Virus record (IMG/VR): IMGVR_UViG_3300012979_000004
Location: 1-64,000 of that record
Strand: one strand, 5' to 3'
Source: a virus
Lineage: Duplodnaviria; Caudoviricetes
Length of the DNA stretch: 64,000 nucleotides
The position numbers and the translations under genes are program-made. How positions within the stretch are numbered: the stretch's first letter is position 1; each line of letters starts with the position of its first letter. Shown here piece after piece: positions 12,199 to 21,890 of this stretch. The notes beneath the pieces are model-generated. The model did not search any database and was not told where the DNA came from. It saw only the letters and a program-made list of their open reading frames with translations.

Positions 12199-12717
12199 TT
12201 ATCGTACTGTTTCGTACAAGCCTATAGTTCCACCGCCTTTGATTTTTCCAGATTCAAGCTGTTCTGCACGAGCTTGCTTCATTGCGACATCTAGCGATTT
12301 TACTATGCTTCCCACATCTTTCAATATCCTCGTAACCTTTATAGCTGTATCTATATCCATTGCTTCTCTAGAGTAGTCGTTTAACGCAGCTATAAGACCT
12401 TCAGCAGCAGTTCTAGATGCTGTTAATAACCTTGTGCCAGGTGTTTCTTGAAATTCATTAAAACGTTGAGCAAGAGTTTGAACTTCAGCGGAAGGAATAT
12501 AATTTTCATTTTTGAACACGTCCTTGGCTACAACCGAAGGTCGTTCTTTTGTAGAATACGCTTCATACGGAGTATTCCACTTGTGTAGCCAAATAACGTA
12601 TTCTATTTCTTTCAATGCTTGACTTTTATCTTTTGCATTGTTGTAATGATCTTTGAAAGGAGGAATTGATAGATCTTCTGTGTTTAATCTTATTTTATCC
12701 CCTTGTATGTCAAACAT
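12199..12717 (-). CDS. Protein upstream of TerL (possible small terminase)
   Basis: 172-aa helical ORF abutting TerL. Confidence 0.5.
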   Translation of the reverse strand: MFDIQGDKIRLNTEDLSIPPFKDHYNNAKDKSQALKEIEYVIWLHKWNTPYEAYSTKERPSVVAKDVFKNENYIPSAEVQTLAQRFNEFQETPGTRLLTASRTAAEGLIAALNDYSREAMDIDTAIKVTRILKDVGSIVKSLDVAMKQARAEQLESGKIKGGGTIGLYETVR

Positions 12718-13105
12718 ATCGTTTTACTAATTTTTCAAAAAATCTATACATTCTTTGTATGATATGTCCTATCAAATACGCAGCTGTCTCACTGCGCTCG
12801 TCTATATCATAGTACGAACATATGTGGGACTGTACATGCTTGGCCTCATGTATTACAGTACTTACAAATTGTTCAACATCTGTAGCGGCTCCTATACAGA
12901 CAATACTCATCAGATAATCTGTATTGCTAAACGTAAACCCTGTGTTTTTATATCTGAGTGTACGAAAAGCCTTCTTTATGAACTTAGGAGGGCATTCTAT
13001 TTGCTACAACACATCCACAACTTCAACGTAGTCATCTACTGTAACATTGTAGTACACAAGCACATTCCATTCACCATTGCCTAATTGTATATACTGCGCA
13101 GTCAT
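12710..13105 (-). CDS. Small zincin-like (HExxH) protein (one TAG)
   Basis: VIHEAKHVQ...SETAAYL; start extended upstream through a TAG. Confidence 0.6.
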
Positions 13106-13106
13106 A

Positions 13107-13487
13107 TCAAACAAATTCAGACCAATCTACAGTTGTACGCGTTCCTTTTACATCAGAAATCCATCTGTTGAACACTTGTCCATCATATCCATCTGGATCA
13201 TCGATTACATTTTTGACATACATGCACAAATGCATATCGTCATTTGGTACAGATTTACCTAAGAAGTCTGCCTTACACATATTAGCAACATAAACCGCAT
13301 CGTACAACTTATCGTACTATAGTTTTATATTACACTGCTTCAGCTTAGCTTCTAGTTCTTCTTTTGTAATCATTTTTATCTCACCCTGTTCGTCTTCCAT
13401 GAGACTTACTGCAAATTCGCATAGTTTTTTGGTGAAATGAGGACCGTACAACTTTAGGTATTTTTTATACATTCTAGTTGTCTCCAT
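13107..13487 (-). CDS. Bacteroidota-phage-type hypothetical protein (one TAG)
   Basis: YGPHFTKKLCEFAVS...YDAVYVANMCKADF in one frame across a TAG. Confidence 0.6.
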
Positions 13488-13989
13488 GTGCATTCTGTTT
13501 GGTTAACAATGATTCAAGCCTAGTAAGCACGCTTTGTACATCATCTACACGTTTTGTAAGACTGTCTATTGCTTCATCTCGCTCCGTTTCTTTAGCATAT
13601 ACCGGATTTAAATCTTTCAGTATCTTTTCACACGCAGCAATGTTTGAACGATGTTGTTCTACACTTGCTATCACGTTTTTACTATTCTAAAGCAGAGCGT
13701 CTACTTCTTGAATCATGCCTTCTTTTGTTTCACAGATGACATAATCTCCATACGAGTGTATTGTATTTATACTAGGTACTCCGATGAATTCCTTCCTCTC
13801 GTTGTCTATTGTTACAACAATGTCAACCACCGTCTGTAAATTAGTGCCGAAGCTGACAGAAGGATTGAATGTCTTGTACATAGGGTGTGGTGGTGTTATA
13901 TTATCTACATAACCCACGACAACTTTTGGGTCTTCGCTTTTGTCCAATATATAAAGCGCGGTTCCTTGACGTAATCCTGAAAACATAAT
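13465..13989 (-). CDS. Hypothetical protein (TAG read-through joins two track ORFs)
   Basis: 13687-14019 and 13474-13674 are in frame; likely start MFSGLRQG. Confidence 0.65.
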
Positions 13990-14055
13990 AATCTTGAATT
14001 GTGTCGTCGGGCGGGGCAATACCCCGCCATAGACACGTGTTAATTCTAATTAAAC

Positions 14056-14370
14056 TTAAGCATATCTGCGTGAACGCACCCCTCTGCCAGAACGCATGCG
14101 CATACCGGACATTTCAGAGTTTTGCGAACCTTTGCGCATTCCTGATCTATATGACTTGTTGCGAAAGTCAGCTTCGTAGCTCTCTCGCTCACCATACATA
14201 TCTTCATACTCATCATCCTCGTACTCATCTTCAGAGGATTCAAAACATTCGTAAAGCGTTTCTTTTAATTCGTGCATGTACTGCTTCTTTTTGCGACCGA
14301 GGTCTTCGATCTCCCCAAACAGGTCAAACACTTTGTCTTTAGCAGCCTTACGTAATTCTATTACCATCAT
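14056..14370 (-). CDS. Hypothetical protein with acidic and Arg/Gly-rich tail
   Basis: 104-aa ORF within the operon. Confidence 0.6.
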   Translation of the reverse strand: MMVIELRKAAKDKVFDLFGEIEDLGRKKKQYMHELKETLYECFESSEDEYEDDEYEDMYGERESYEADFRNKSYRSGMRKGSQNSEMSGMRMRSGRGVRSRRYA

Positions 14371-14386
14371 AGTGTTATAATGTATT

Positions 14387-14743
14387 TTATGCTGGGATTT
14401 GAGTCGTTAACAGCTGTACCAAATTACTATTTTTATCATAGTGAACGAGGTAGATTCCTGTATCTGGAATCTGGGATACTGTTATGTCATCTCCTCCAAC
14501 ATTGGTTAAAGGTTGTGTAAAATCGTTAGCCGAAAATACGATCGGCAGCGTGTCAGTTGTTCCGTCTGGTATAACCTGATTAAGTCTTATGAGGGCAAGA
14601 CCTCTTGTCTCTAAAAACCTAAACGCTCTATTTGGTAAAGCTAGAACAACATTGTCTGTACCAACAGTCACTGAAGTTGTTTCCAGTAAAGGAATTGTAG
14701 TCCTGTTACAGAAATTATATGGATATATAGTACTTCCAAACAT
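14387..14743 (-). CDS. Hypothetical beta-rich protein
   Basis: ORF within the operon, start MFGSTIY. Confidence 0.6.
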   Translation of the reverse strand: MFGSTIYPYNFCNRTTIPLLETTSVTVGTDNVVLALPNRAFRFLETRGLALIRLNQVIPDGTTDTLPIVFSANDFTQPLTNVGGDDITVSQIPDTGIYLVHYDKNSNLVQLLTTQIPA

Positions 14744-14760
14744 AAGTACCTCCTTCCTTA

Positions 14761-15645
14761 TCAATTCCAAAAACTGTTAGAGCCAACATTAGCAAGACCA
14801 CACAATGTATTGATTGTAGGTGTTGTGTTTATTGCTGTAAGATTTGGCCACTGTACAGGCACTGTGTGAGGTTGACACGCCTTGAGTGAAGTGAGCTCGT
14901 TCTGGATTTCATTGAATCTCTGGTTGATAAGAACAGTCTGACGTTCGTTGTTTGCATTAGAACGCAACAGTGCGTTGTCTGCAACAAGTGAGTCGATCTT
15001 ACCCTGGAGTTCACGTTTCTCAAGATCAAAGAAACGATTGTTAATCATAACACTCTGAGCGTTAATAGCATCTGTGATGTCACGAGTATTGCGCTCTGCC
15101 TGATTCATTAGCGTGTTTGTTTGCTGACATGATGCAAGCTGATCTGCTGCATGGTTAGACGCCATTACAGACTGCAATGAGTTAGTTTGCTGTGCAATAG
15201 CGAGTCTGTTCTCGCAGCAGCACTGACAGATCTGTGATGCAAGTGAAGCATTACCTGCCTGTATTGCGTTCTGAATCTGTAAGCCGCTCATGCCTACCTG
15301 AGTACCAACAGAAGTGATAGCGCCATTGAGGGCACAAATACCATTCTAGATAGAAGTAAGGTCTGTGTTAAGCAGGTTTGACAAGCTGTTGATTGATTCA
15401 CGATTACCCTGAATTGCATTCATAAGTAATTCGCGACCAGTATCGTTGCTAAGTTGATTTTGCAACAGTCCTGTACCATTACCTGCACCATACCCGTTGT
15501 TACCCCAAAGAAGCCACAAGAACAAAATCCAGATCCAGTTATTACCACCGAATCCACCATTGTTATTCAGGGCGAGCATGAGGTTTGGGTCAATGCCGCT
15601 GTTTGTTCCATACTCAGGGAACATCATAATTTTTGAACTTTCCAT
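14761..15645 (-). CDS. Gly/Asn-rich membrane-anchored protein with CCC motif (294 aa, one TAG)
   Basis: NNGGFGGNNWIWILFLWLLWG...QICQCCCENRLAI; two track ORFs in frame across the TAG at 15346. Confidence 0.7.
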
Positions 15646-15963
15646 AATTAGAAATTTAAAGGTTGAATATTAAAGGTTAAAAATAAGTACAGGCCCCGCA
15701 GGGCCTATACAACAAATACTCTATGTTTAAACAGCCGAGTCTGCTGCATGCTTGTCTTAATATCAACCTTAACACATGTCCAAGATGTGTAAATTCGAAA
15801 CATGGTTGTTTTGATACAACCTAGGATTACGTAAATATAAATTCACATGCTTTCATAAAACCTGTTTCGATAGTAATGTTACTAACATGTGAATAAAAAT
15901 AGACAAAGGGGCTTGAAGCCCCAGCGTCTAAATCAAGTTATATATATGAATTTTTTTTCATTA

Positions 15964-16461
15964 TCAAGCATTAGTATCAGTAACTTCTGCTTTATTGTCA
16001 GCTGCGACATCTACGTTAGTGTCAGCAGCATCTGTAGATCCAAAACCACCATCACCACGATCTGTTTCTGTCAGTTCTGATGCTTCTGTGATCGTTATTT
16101 CTGGTATTGCTACAATTACAAGTTGTGCAAATCTTTCTCCAGGTTTGTATATCGCTGGGACTACATCTGTAGTAGATCTCATCTTTGCTATCACTTCGCC
16201 TCTAAATCCAGCGTCTATCACACCTACACAATTTGTAAGGGTGAGTGATTTTTTAGAAATGCTAGATCTTGGAAACAGCAGACCTACATGTCCTTCTGGA
16301 ATCTCCATGGACAACCCTGTATGATATACTATAATCAATTGTCCAGCTTCGTTGAGTTCCTGAGTAATGTTTGTGCATGTTAAATCGATTCCAGCGTCTG
16401 TCTTATGTGCGCGAATCGGTAGGATTGCCTCCTCTGTAAGTCGTTTGATTTTTAATTCCAT
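15964..16461 (-). CDS. dut: dUTPase
   Basis: Motifs AGIDL, PRSSIS, GVIDAGFRGEV, RFAQL, RGDGGFGST. Confidence 0.95.
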   Translation of the reverse strand: MELKIKRLTEEAILPIRAHKTDAGIDLTCTNITQELNEAGQLIIVYHTGLSMEIPEGHVGLLFPRSSISKKSLTLTNCVGVIDAGFRGEVIAKMRSTTDVVPAIYKPGERFAQLVIVAIPEITITEASELTETDRGDGGFGSTDAADTNVDVAADNKAEVTDTNA

Positions 16462-16506
16462 TGTATATTGTTTTTAATGTGTTCACAGCGTATACAGCTG
16501 TATTAG

Positions 16507-16578
16507 TCGCCCCACCATCGAATCGGACCCGGTCCTGGGAGGTTAGAGCTCCCCGTGCTACCATTACACCATAGGGCA
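16507..16578 (-). tRNA. Amber-suppressor tRNA (anticodon CUA), Gln-like body
   Basis: TGCCCTA-TG-GTGTAATGGTAGCAC-G-GGGAG-CT-CTA-AC-CTCCC...TGGGGCG-A; T arm distorted. Confidence 0.85.
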
Positions 16579-16766
16579 ATATGTTTGCAGTACATATAGA
16601 CTGTATATCAGCCCTCGTATCGAGGGCGGGACTTGGTTTATCCCAACCAAGCGGATTAAGTGCAGCTTTACGCAGCAGATTACCAGTAACATCTCCAGTC
16701 TGCACTACGTCTTATGTGTATGTATCTAGAATATACTTCCAGCGGCATAAGAATCAGCTGTATTTG

Positions 16767-16844
16767 TGCGAAGAATGGGATTTGAACCCATAGACACCAA
16801 TGTTTGTAACATGGTTGCTGAATACCAATATCAGCTTTCTTCGC
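16767..16844 (-). tRNA. Atypical tRNA, anticodon ACA
   Basis: GCGAAGA/TCTTCGC acceptor stem, GCTGA/TCAGC D stem, anticodon loop TTACAAA, T arm ATGGG-TTCAAAT-CCCAT. Confidence 0.65.
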
Positions 16845-16885
16845 CAGCAAGATTACTTTTTCGCCATCTTGTGAGGCGATTGTTA

Positions 16886-17224
16886 TTACTTACCTGTGAT
16901 CCAATTCCAGAACCTCTTATACCAAGGCTTCTTTTTCACCTCGATCTTTACTGCTGTAAACGGTACAGGTTCTCCATTTTCAATCACAACTGCGTTATGA
17001 CCGTCAAATAATGCATCGATTACAGAATCTGTTACAGATTCGATTGTATCGTTGACGATTACATCCACCTCGCGACTGGTAAGGTCAAGACCTGCTTCAT
17101 GTTTTGAATAGATCATCTCAAGGAGAGCGTCTTCTTCTGTTTCGCAATTTGTAAGGTCTACTGTAAACACAGGCTTAAATTCTACCTTTACTGACTTCTT
17201 GTTATTCTTCTTTGTAGCTTTCAT
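16886..17224 (-). CDS. Hypothetical protein with KKPWYKRFW amphipathic tail
   Basis: ORF within the operon. Confidence 0.65.
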   Translation of the reverse strand: MKATKKNNKKSVKVEFKPVFTVDLTNCETEEDALLEMIYSKHEAGLDLTSREVDVIVNDTIESVTDSVIDALFDGHNAVVIENGEPVPFTAVKIEVKKKPWYKRFWNWITGK

Positions 17225-17229
17225 ATATT

Positions 17230-17592
17230 TTAATTTTTTAAACTGATACTTTCTGTGGCGCAGCACTTTTCGCAATCACAATCGCAAATACCACATCTCT
17301 GTGCTTCATCGAGTTTGTGTTGAGCTTCTATGTTTTCAATCCACTCTTTGCTAGTCACCACGATAGCTGCGTGTTTAGGAGCTGCACTATTGTAGAACAG
17401 TATTATGAAATCGTCTTTTTTAACTTCTTTGTTTTTAAAATCTGTATCCTGAATACTAACGATTCCATCTTCAGGTACTCTGTATACCCAATCGATTCCG
17501 GTTGACAAGTATGATGTCACATTCAGATCGTTTGTTTCTGTATCTACTGATATAAGGCCGGCGTGTCCTCGTTTTATTAAATACTTCTTCAT
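17230..17592 (-). CDS. Hypothetical protein with Cys-rich C-terminus
   Basis: 120-aa ORF ending in CGICDCDCEKCC-containing tail. Confidence 0.6.
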   Translation of the reverse strand: MKKYLIKRGHAGLISVDTETNDLNVTSYLSTGIDWVYRVPEDGIVSIQDTDFKNKEVKKDDFIILFYNSAAPKHAAIVVTSKEWIENIEAQHKLDEAQRCGICDCDCEKCCATESISLKN

Positions 17593-17807
17593 ATTTTTGG
17601 ACTATATTTTTTATTTTTGTTATCTTTAAATCTACTCTTTAGTTTAAATTTAAACAGCCTATTGAATAGTATTTCATGTGTGTCGTTGCCATCTTTCATT
17701 ACGTCTGTTGTAAATGCAAATGCGTGTTTACAAATTTTATCCACAACATCCCGGTTTACATTCGTACGGGCCGACACCTCTTTGATTACGTCATCTATAT
17801 CTATCAC
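17589..17807 (-). CDS. HU/IHF-like DNA-binding protein
   Basis: 72 aa; two helices followed by EILFNRLFKFKLK; basic. Confidence 0.55.
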   Translation of the reverse strand: MIDIDDVIKEVSARTNVNRDVVDKICKHAFAFTTDVMKDGNDTHEILFNRLFKFKLKSRFKDNKNKKYSPKI

Positions 17808-18229
17808 TTTTCTACAGCAATGATGTCGTAATATCTAATAAGCTTGCTGTCCTTAAGTAAATCGAAGTACTTACCGTGTGTATCTGGAAACAGAACAATG
17901 TCTCCAACCTTTATCTTGTAAGTCATACCAGCTACCTTTTCATCGTTGATTTGATTTTGGTACGAAGTTGGGATTTTCAACACAACGCCTTTTCTTACGT
18001 CTGCATCTACTTCCTTTACCTCTGTCTCAACTTTATCAAAATCCACAGCTGTTATACCGTTTTTGTCTTTAGTAGGAGTCTCTTTATTTGCGACTGGACT
18101 ACTAAACTCTTTCTTTACTTTGATCGGATCCAGGGGTTTTACCAAGAAAAAATCAAGAAACTCGTATGGAATCTTGCTAGCTACATCCTCAGCTAATCCC
18201 GATTGATCAATAATTTTATTTTCTTCCAT
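17804..18229 (-). CDS. GroES-like co-chaperonin
   Basis: FLVKPL...KGVVLKI...IKVGDIVLF...YYDIIA pattern. Confidence 0.55.
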   Translation of the reverse strand: MEENKIIDQSGLAEDVASKIPYEFLDFFLVKPLDPIKVKKEFSSPVANKETPTKDKNGITAVDFDKVETEVKEVDADVRKGVVLKIPTSYQNQINDEKVAGMTYKIKVGDIVLFPDTHGKYFDLLKDSKLIRYYDIIAVEK

Positions 18230-18230
18230 G

Positions 18231-18641
18231 TTACTTCTTAAGTGTTTTCAAATAAGATAAAACTTTGATCATGTTCTGCAATACTGTTGTTTTTTCGACC
18301 TTTAGGCACATTGGGATATCCTCTTCATCCTTGTTCACATTGGCCAATTCAACTACGTATTTGTTGAGAAGATTATCAATTTCATCAAACACGTTTACAA
18401 ATTTCTGAGAATTCTGTGTAACCGTTGACAAATAACCCTCTTCGATCAGTTCTTGTACGTAATTTGGTGAGAATGTTAACGATTCTTTGTATGTAGAATC
18501 GTATGTTTCACCATTACTGCCAGTGCGATCAAATTTCTCCTCCTTGGCATAAACGTACATGTTATCTTTTTCCGAATATTCTAAAACATCGCCTTCTTTA
18601 AGTACAAAGAAAGGCTTAATTACCTTTAAAGTTTTGCTCAT
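18231..18641 (-). CDS. Hypothetical protein, first gene of the leftward late operon
   Basis: ORF starting MSKTLKVIKPF. Confidence 0.65.
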   Translation of the reverse strand: MSKTLKVIKPFFVLKEGDVLEYSEKDNMYVYAKEEKFDRTGSNGETYDSTYKESLTFSPNYVQELIEEGYLSTVTQNSQKFVNVFDEIDNLLNKYVVELANVNKDEEDIPMCLKVEKTTVLQNMIKVLSYLKTLKK

Positions 18642-18846
18642 TTCAATACTTGTTTTTAACAATGACACCCCCTTAACGCATAAATACATAAAAAGGGTTG
18701 CAAGTGCAACAAAAAAGTCAAAACTTACGTTATAGTAGTAACACTTTAAAGCAGCTCACAAAAGAAAGTAGCAAAGAAAATAAATATATATTATATATTA
18801 TAAAGCTATACAGAATAAGTAAGACTATCTATATTAGTAAGAAGAT

Positions 18847-19359
18847 ATGTTAGATATAATAGAACATAATGCTGTACTATATTATGCTGATTTTTTAAGT
18901 CTTAAAGAAGAAAGTATAACAGTAACAGATAATTGTAAGTACTACTTTATCCATAAAGCCCCTATAAATTCCGCATATGTAGCAGATGTTTAGCCGTTTT
19001 ATGACGTACATAACAAATACTACATTCAATCCTACAATGAATGTATGTCTTTAAAAGATAAACTCGGCGTAGAGGGTATGGTAGACTACGTGAAAGACGT
19101 ATGTAATTTAGCTGCTTTAGGGTGCATTGATGCATATTAGATGCTGAGTTGTATCCACCACTATAGTACCAAATACGATAGAAATTAGGCTTTTAAAACC
19201 TACGAAAAGTGGATAAATAATCAAATTTATACACACCTTGAAACAGATGAAAAAGGAAACCCCAAACGAACAGAATGTACAAGATACGTAGCTCACGCAG
19301 AATATGGAACAAACACAGAACCGAGGGTAGAGTACAATTTTAAGCCTACTAAAAAATAA
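18847..19359 (+). CDS. Hypothetical protein (170 aa, three TAGs), absent from the ORF track
   Basis: MLDIIEHNAVLYYADFLSL... open to TAA at 19357 if TAG=Q. Confidence 0.7.
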
Positions 19360-19418
19360 AGCGTATCTAGATGCTTTAGAAACGTTAAAACAAGTACAAA
19401 AACATAATAGAAAACACT

Positions 19419-19868
19419 ATGGGTAAAATTAACAAATTTGCTAATATTTACGATAAGGACGGCAATCTCATACGTCATGTTGGCGATGATGGAAAGCTTA
19501 AGAACTACACAACAGAAGAACTAGAACAGCTAGTAGACAAGTTGGCCGAAGATAAAGACGAAAACGGTAATGTAAAAGACCCACAGGCGTTAAATAACGT
19601 GCATTCAATCCTGTTCCAATACTACCAGAAGTATGGAAATCCACACGAAACAGAGCTTATTCAAAAGCTTAAAGAAATACAAGAACAGAAGAAGTCTGGA
19701 GAAGTAACAATGGCTGATAAAGCCGATATTGAAGAGGTAGAAAAAGCACTGTCTACTGTATCTGAAGAGCTTGATTCTGAACATCTTGTAGACAGAGAAA
19801 CAGATTATAAACCAGATAGTTACGTAGATTTTGAGGAAATTACAGATTCTAACGAATCCTCTAAATAA
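19419..19868 (+). CDS. Hypothetical acidic protein
   Basis: 149-aa ORF. Confidence 0.7.
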   Translation: MGKINKFANIYDKDGNLIRHVGDDGKLKNYTTEELEQLVDKLAEDKDENGNVKDPQALNNVHSILFQYYQKYGNPHETELIQKLKEIQEQKKSGEVTMADKADIEEVEKALSTVSEELDSEHLVDRETDYKPDSYVDFEEITDSNESSK

Positions 19869-19889
19869 CTAAAAGAAAGGACTTAAGCG

Positions 19890-20078
19890 ATGAAACAATT
19901 TTGGAAATATTTTTGGGTATCTTTTGAAGTAAACACATTGTGGTGTTTTGGACTTCTAGCAGGAGGATGGTTATCAGAAACAGGTTGGAGTTTAAGGACG
20001 ATACTCGCCTTTATAATAGGCTTTTTAACAGTAGAGACGTTTAAATCAAAGTACCTAAGTAAAATGGTAGAGAGATGA
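19890..20078 (+). CDS. Small two-TM membrane protein (holin-like size)
   Basis: 62 aa with two hydrophobic segments. Confidence 0.5.
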   Translation: MKQFWKYFWVSFEVNTLWCFGLLAGGWLSETGWSLRTILAFIIGFLTVETFKSKYLSKMVER

Positions 20079-20374
20079 AAAAAGGAGTAAAATACGATAC
20101 AGAAAAAGCACGATGGGATTTACTCCCTCTGCCTGAAATAGCAGACATTGTAGATGTATACACAGCAGGTGCTATTAAATATGCACCAAACAGCTGGCAG
20201 CATCTAGAAGATGGTTATAATCGCTATAAAGCAGCTTTATTTAGACATTTACTGGAATACGAAAACGGTAATGAAATAGACGAAGAAACAGGCTGTAAAC
20301 ACTTAGCACAAGTAGCTTGGAATGCGATAGCTATGCTGTATTACTCAAAAAAGTATGACAACGAAGAGAAGTAA
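20075..20374 (+). CDS. dATP/dGTP diphosphohydrolase-domain protein (DUF5664-like)
   Basis: KYDTEKARWDLLP...GAIKYAPNSW...RHL...DEETGCKHLAQVAWN. Confidence 0.8.
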   Translation: MKKGVKYDTEKARWDLLPLPEIADIVDVYTAGAIKYAPNSWQHLEDGYNRYKAALFRHLLEYENGNEIDEETGCKHLAQVAWNAIAMLYYSKKYDNEEK

Positions 20375-20659
20375 AGGAGGCAGCATAATGTACAGCTATT
20401 TAGACTATAATTGGGAAGAGTGTACCGAGGATGAATACAAATCCCTAAAAGACAGCGAAGACATAATTACTCGTAAAGAGCCGTTCTTTAAAGAAGGATA
20501 GGGTATAATGTGGCAAATAGAACATTATAACGACCCTCCAGAAGGATACAAATATTACAAAGCTCGTAGAGATAGTTGTCATTATGTTTTCGTATGTAAT
20601 TCTAAAACGATAGAAGGACTAAACGATTTGATTAAAGACGACCTTTTTGAGACAATAAC

Positions 20660-20851
20660 ATGTTTAATATAGGAACTGAAATGCGAGCATATCTCGAATG
20701 GAGATGCAGAAGAAACTGGCACACAAAATACTACAAATACATCGACGAATGGATAGCTGGTATTACAGAGCAACAGTTGAATTATTTCTATAATGAATGT
20801 AGACACCTTGTCGATAGAGGTGTTTATTCAAATGAGAGACTTAGTGTTTGA
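20660..20851 (+). CDS. Hypothetical protein
   Basis: 63-aa ORF just before the terminator. Confidence 0.5.
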   Translation: MFNIGTEMRAYLEWRCRRNWHTKYYKYIDEWIAGITEQQLNYFYNECRHLVDRGVYSNERLSV

Positions 20852-20884
20852 ACCCATAAAAAGTGAAAAGCTAAAAGAGGCATT

Positions 20885-20932
20885 AATCCAGGGATTCTAA
20901 AAGAGTCCTTGGATTTTTTTTTATTTTTTTTT
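20885..20932 (+). terminator. Rho-independent terminator at the late/early boundary
   Basis: AATCCAGGGATTC...GAGTCCTTGGATT hairpin followed by long T runs. Confidence 0.75.
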
Positions 20933-21081
20933 ATTACGTTATGCGTGTAGAAACGGGGAATACCCTAATACAACCCCCCCACGGCAAATAATCCGCCAAG
21001 CCTACCCCCATAGTCAATCTAAAGACGTGCAAAGCATACTGTTTGTAGTTGTTGCATTATTAACTAAAAAACAAACGTAAC

Positions 21082-21255
21082 ATGGAAAAGTACATCGTTG
21101 TTAAAAAGAACTCTTTATTCTCTATGCCAGACACAGAGTGCACATTCAACACACTCGAAGAAGCGCGTCAGTTTGCAAACCTCCTAAACAAGAACCGTGG
21201 GGACGAGTACAATTCGTACCATGTCTATTCACTAGTAGAGGAGGAACAGGCATGA
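21082..21255 (+). CDS. Small early protein (57 aa)
   Basis: MEKYIVVKKNSLF...EEEQA, downstream of the first motif copy. Confidence 0.55.
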   Translation: MEKYIVVKKNSLFSMPDTECTFNTLEEARQFANLLNKNRGDEYNSYHVYSLVEEEQA

Positions 21256-21367
21256 TTTACGAAGAGAACTTAACGGACGAGCAAAATGAGTACATTGACG
21301 CTCTCGAAGAGTGGCTGGCGCATTGACGCCAGCTACTCCAAACACGTAACCATTTAATCACAATCAT

Positions 21368-21622
21368 ATGAAGTACATAGCCTTATCACTAATCGTATTG
21401 TTTGCGCTCATTGTGCTGCAAACCTATCAGTCTAACAAACGAACAAAACGCTACAAAGAAGCAGCATGTGTGTTGTCAACCCTCTGTCAAACAGCTCTAC
21501 AGAAAGAACACTTGGATGCCACATCGTTCGAAGAGTTGTACTACGATACAGTAGACAACATGGATTGTCACGGGTTATCCATAGACAGAGACTTTATCGA
21601 AGATCTACGTTGGGCTTATTAG
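21368..21622 (+). CDS. Early protein with N-terminal TM segment; TAG stop
   Basis: 84-aa ORF ending in TAG at a hairpin. Confidence 0.65.
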   Translation: MKYIALSLIVLFALIVLQTYQSNKRTKRYKEAACVLSTLCQTALQKEHLDATSFEELYYDTVDNMDCHGLSIDRDFIEDLRWAY

Positions 21623-21698
21623 GCCCAATGTAGTCCTTTTGACGTGCAAAGTGTACTTTATGTAGATGTTGTTTGTGTCATATCACAGCCCAAATTAT

Positions 21699-21890
21699 AT
21701 GTACGTACAAAAAGTGTATCTCGGAATACGAGACAAGAAAGATTGGAGTAAATGGTCATTCAGCCCTGATTTCGACAACGCTGAAGCATGTTTTAACCAA
21801 TACAAATCTTGGATAGCAGAACATCCAGGAGCTGTAATATCGTTCATGACACGTAGTGTATGGGTACCAGATCCTGAGCCAGCCAAATAG
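21699..21890 (+). CDS. Small early protein; TAG stop
   Basis: Likely start MYVQKV. Confidence 0.55.
   Translation: MYVQKVYLGIRDKKDWSKWSFSPDFDNAEACFNQYKSWIAEHPGAVISFMTRSVWVPDPEPAK

Noticed and set aside
15804-15821. GGTTGTTT(T)GATACAACC hairpin, also present at 23861
   Set aside because: Only two short copies in unrelated contexts; could be chance
16440-16770. Theta (HDV-like) ribozymes at tRNA 3' ends, as reported for some recoded gut phages
   Set aside because: I could not fit a nested double pseudoknot downstream of either tRNA
20075-20374. 2-aminoadenine (Z-genome) pathway
   Set aside because: Only a lone diphosphohydrolase-like domain; no purZ gene in the window
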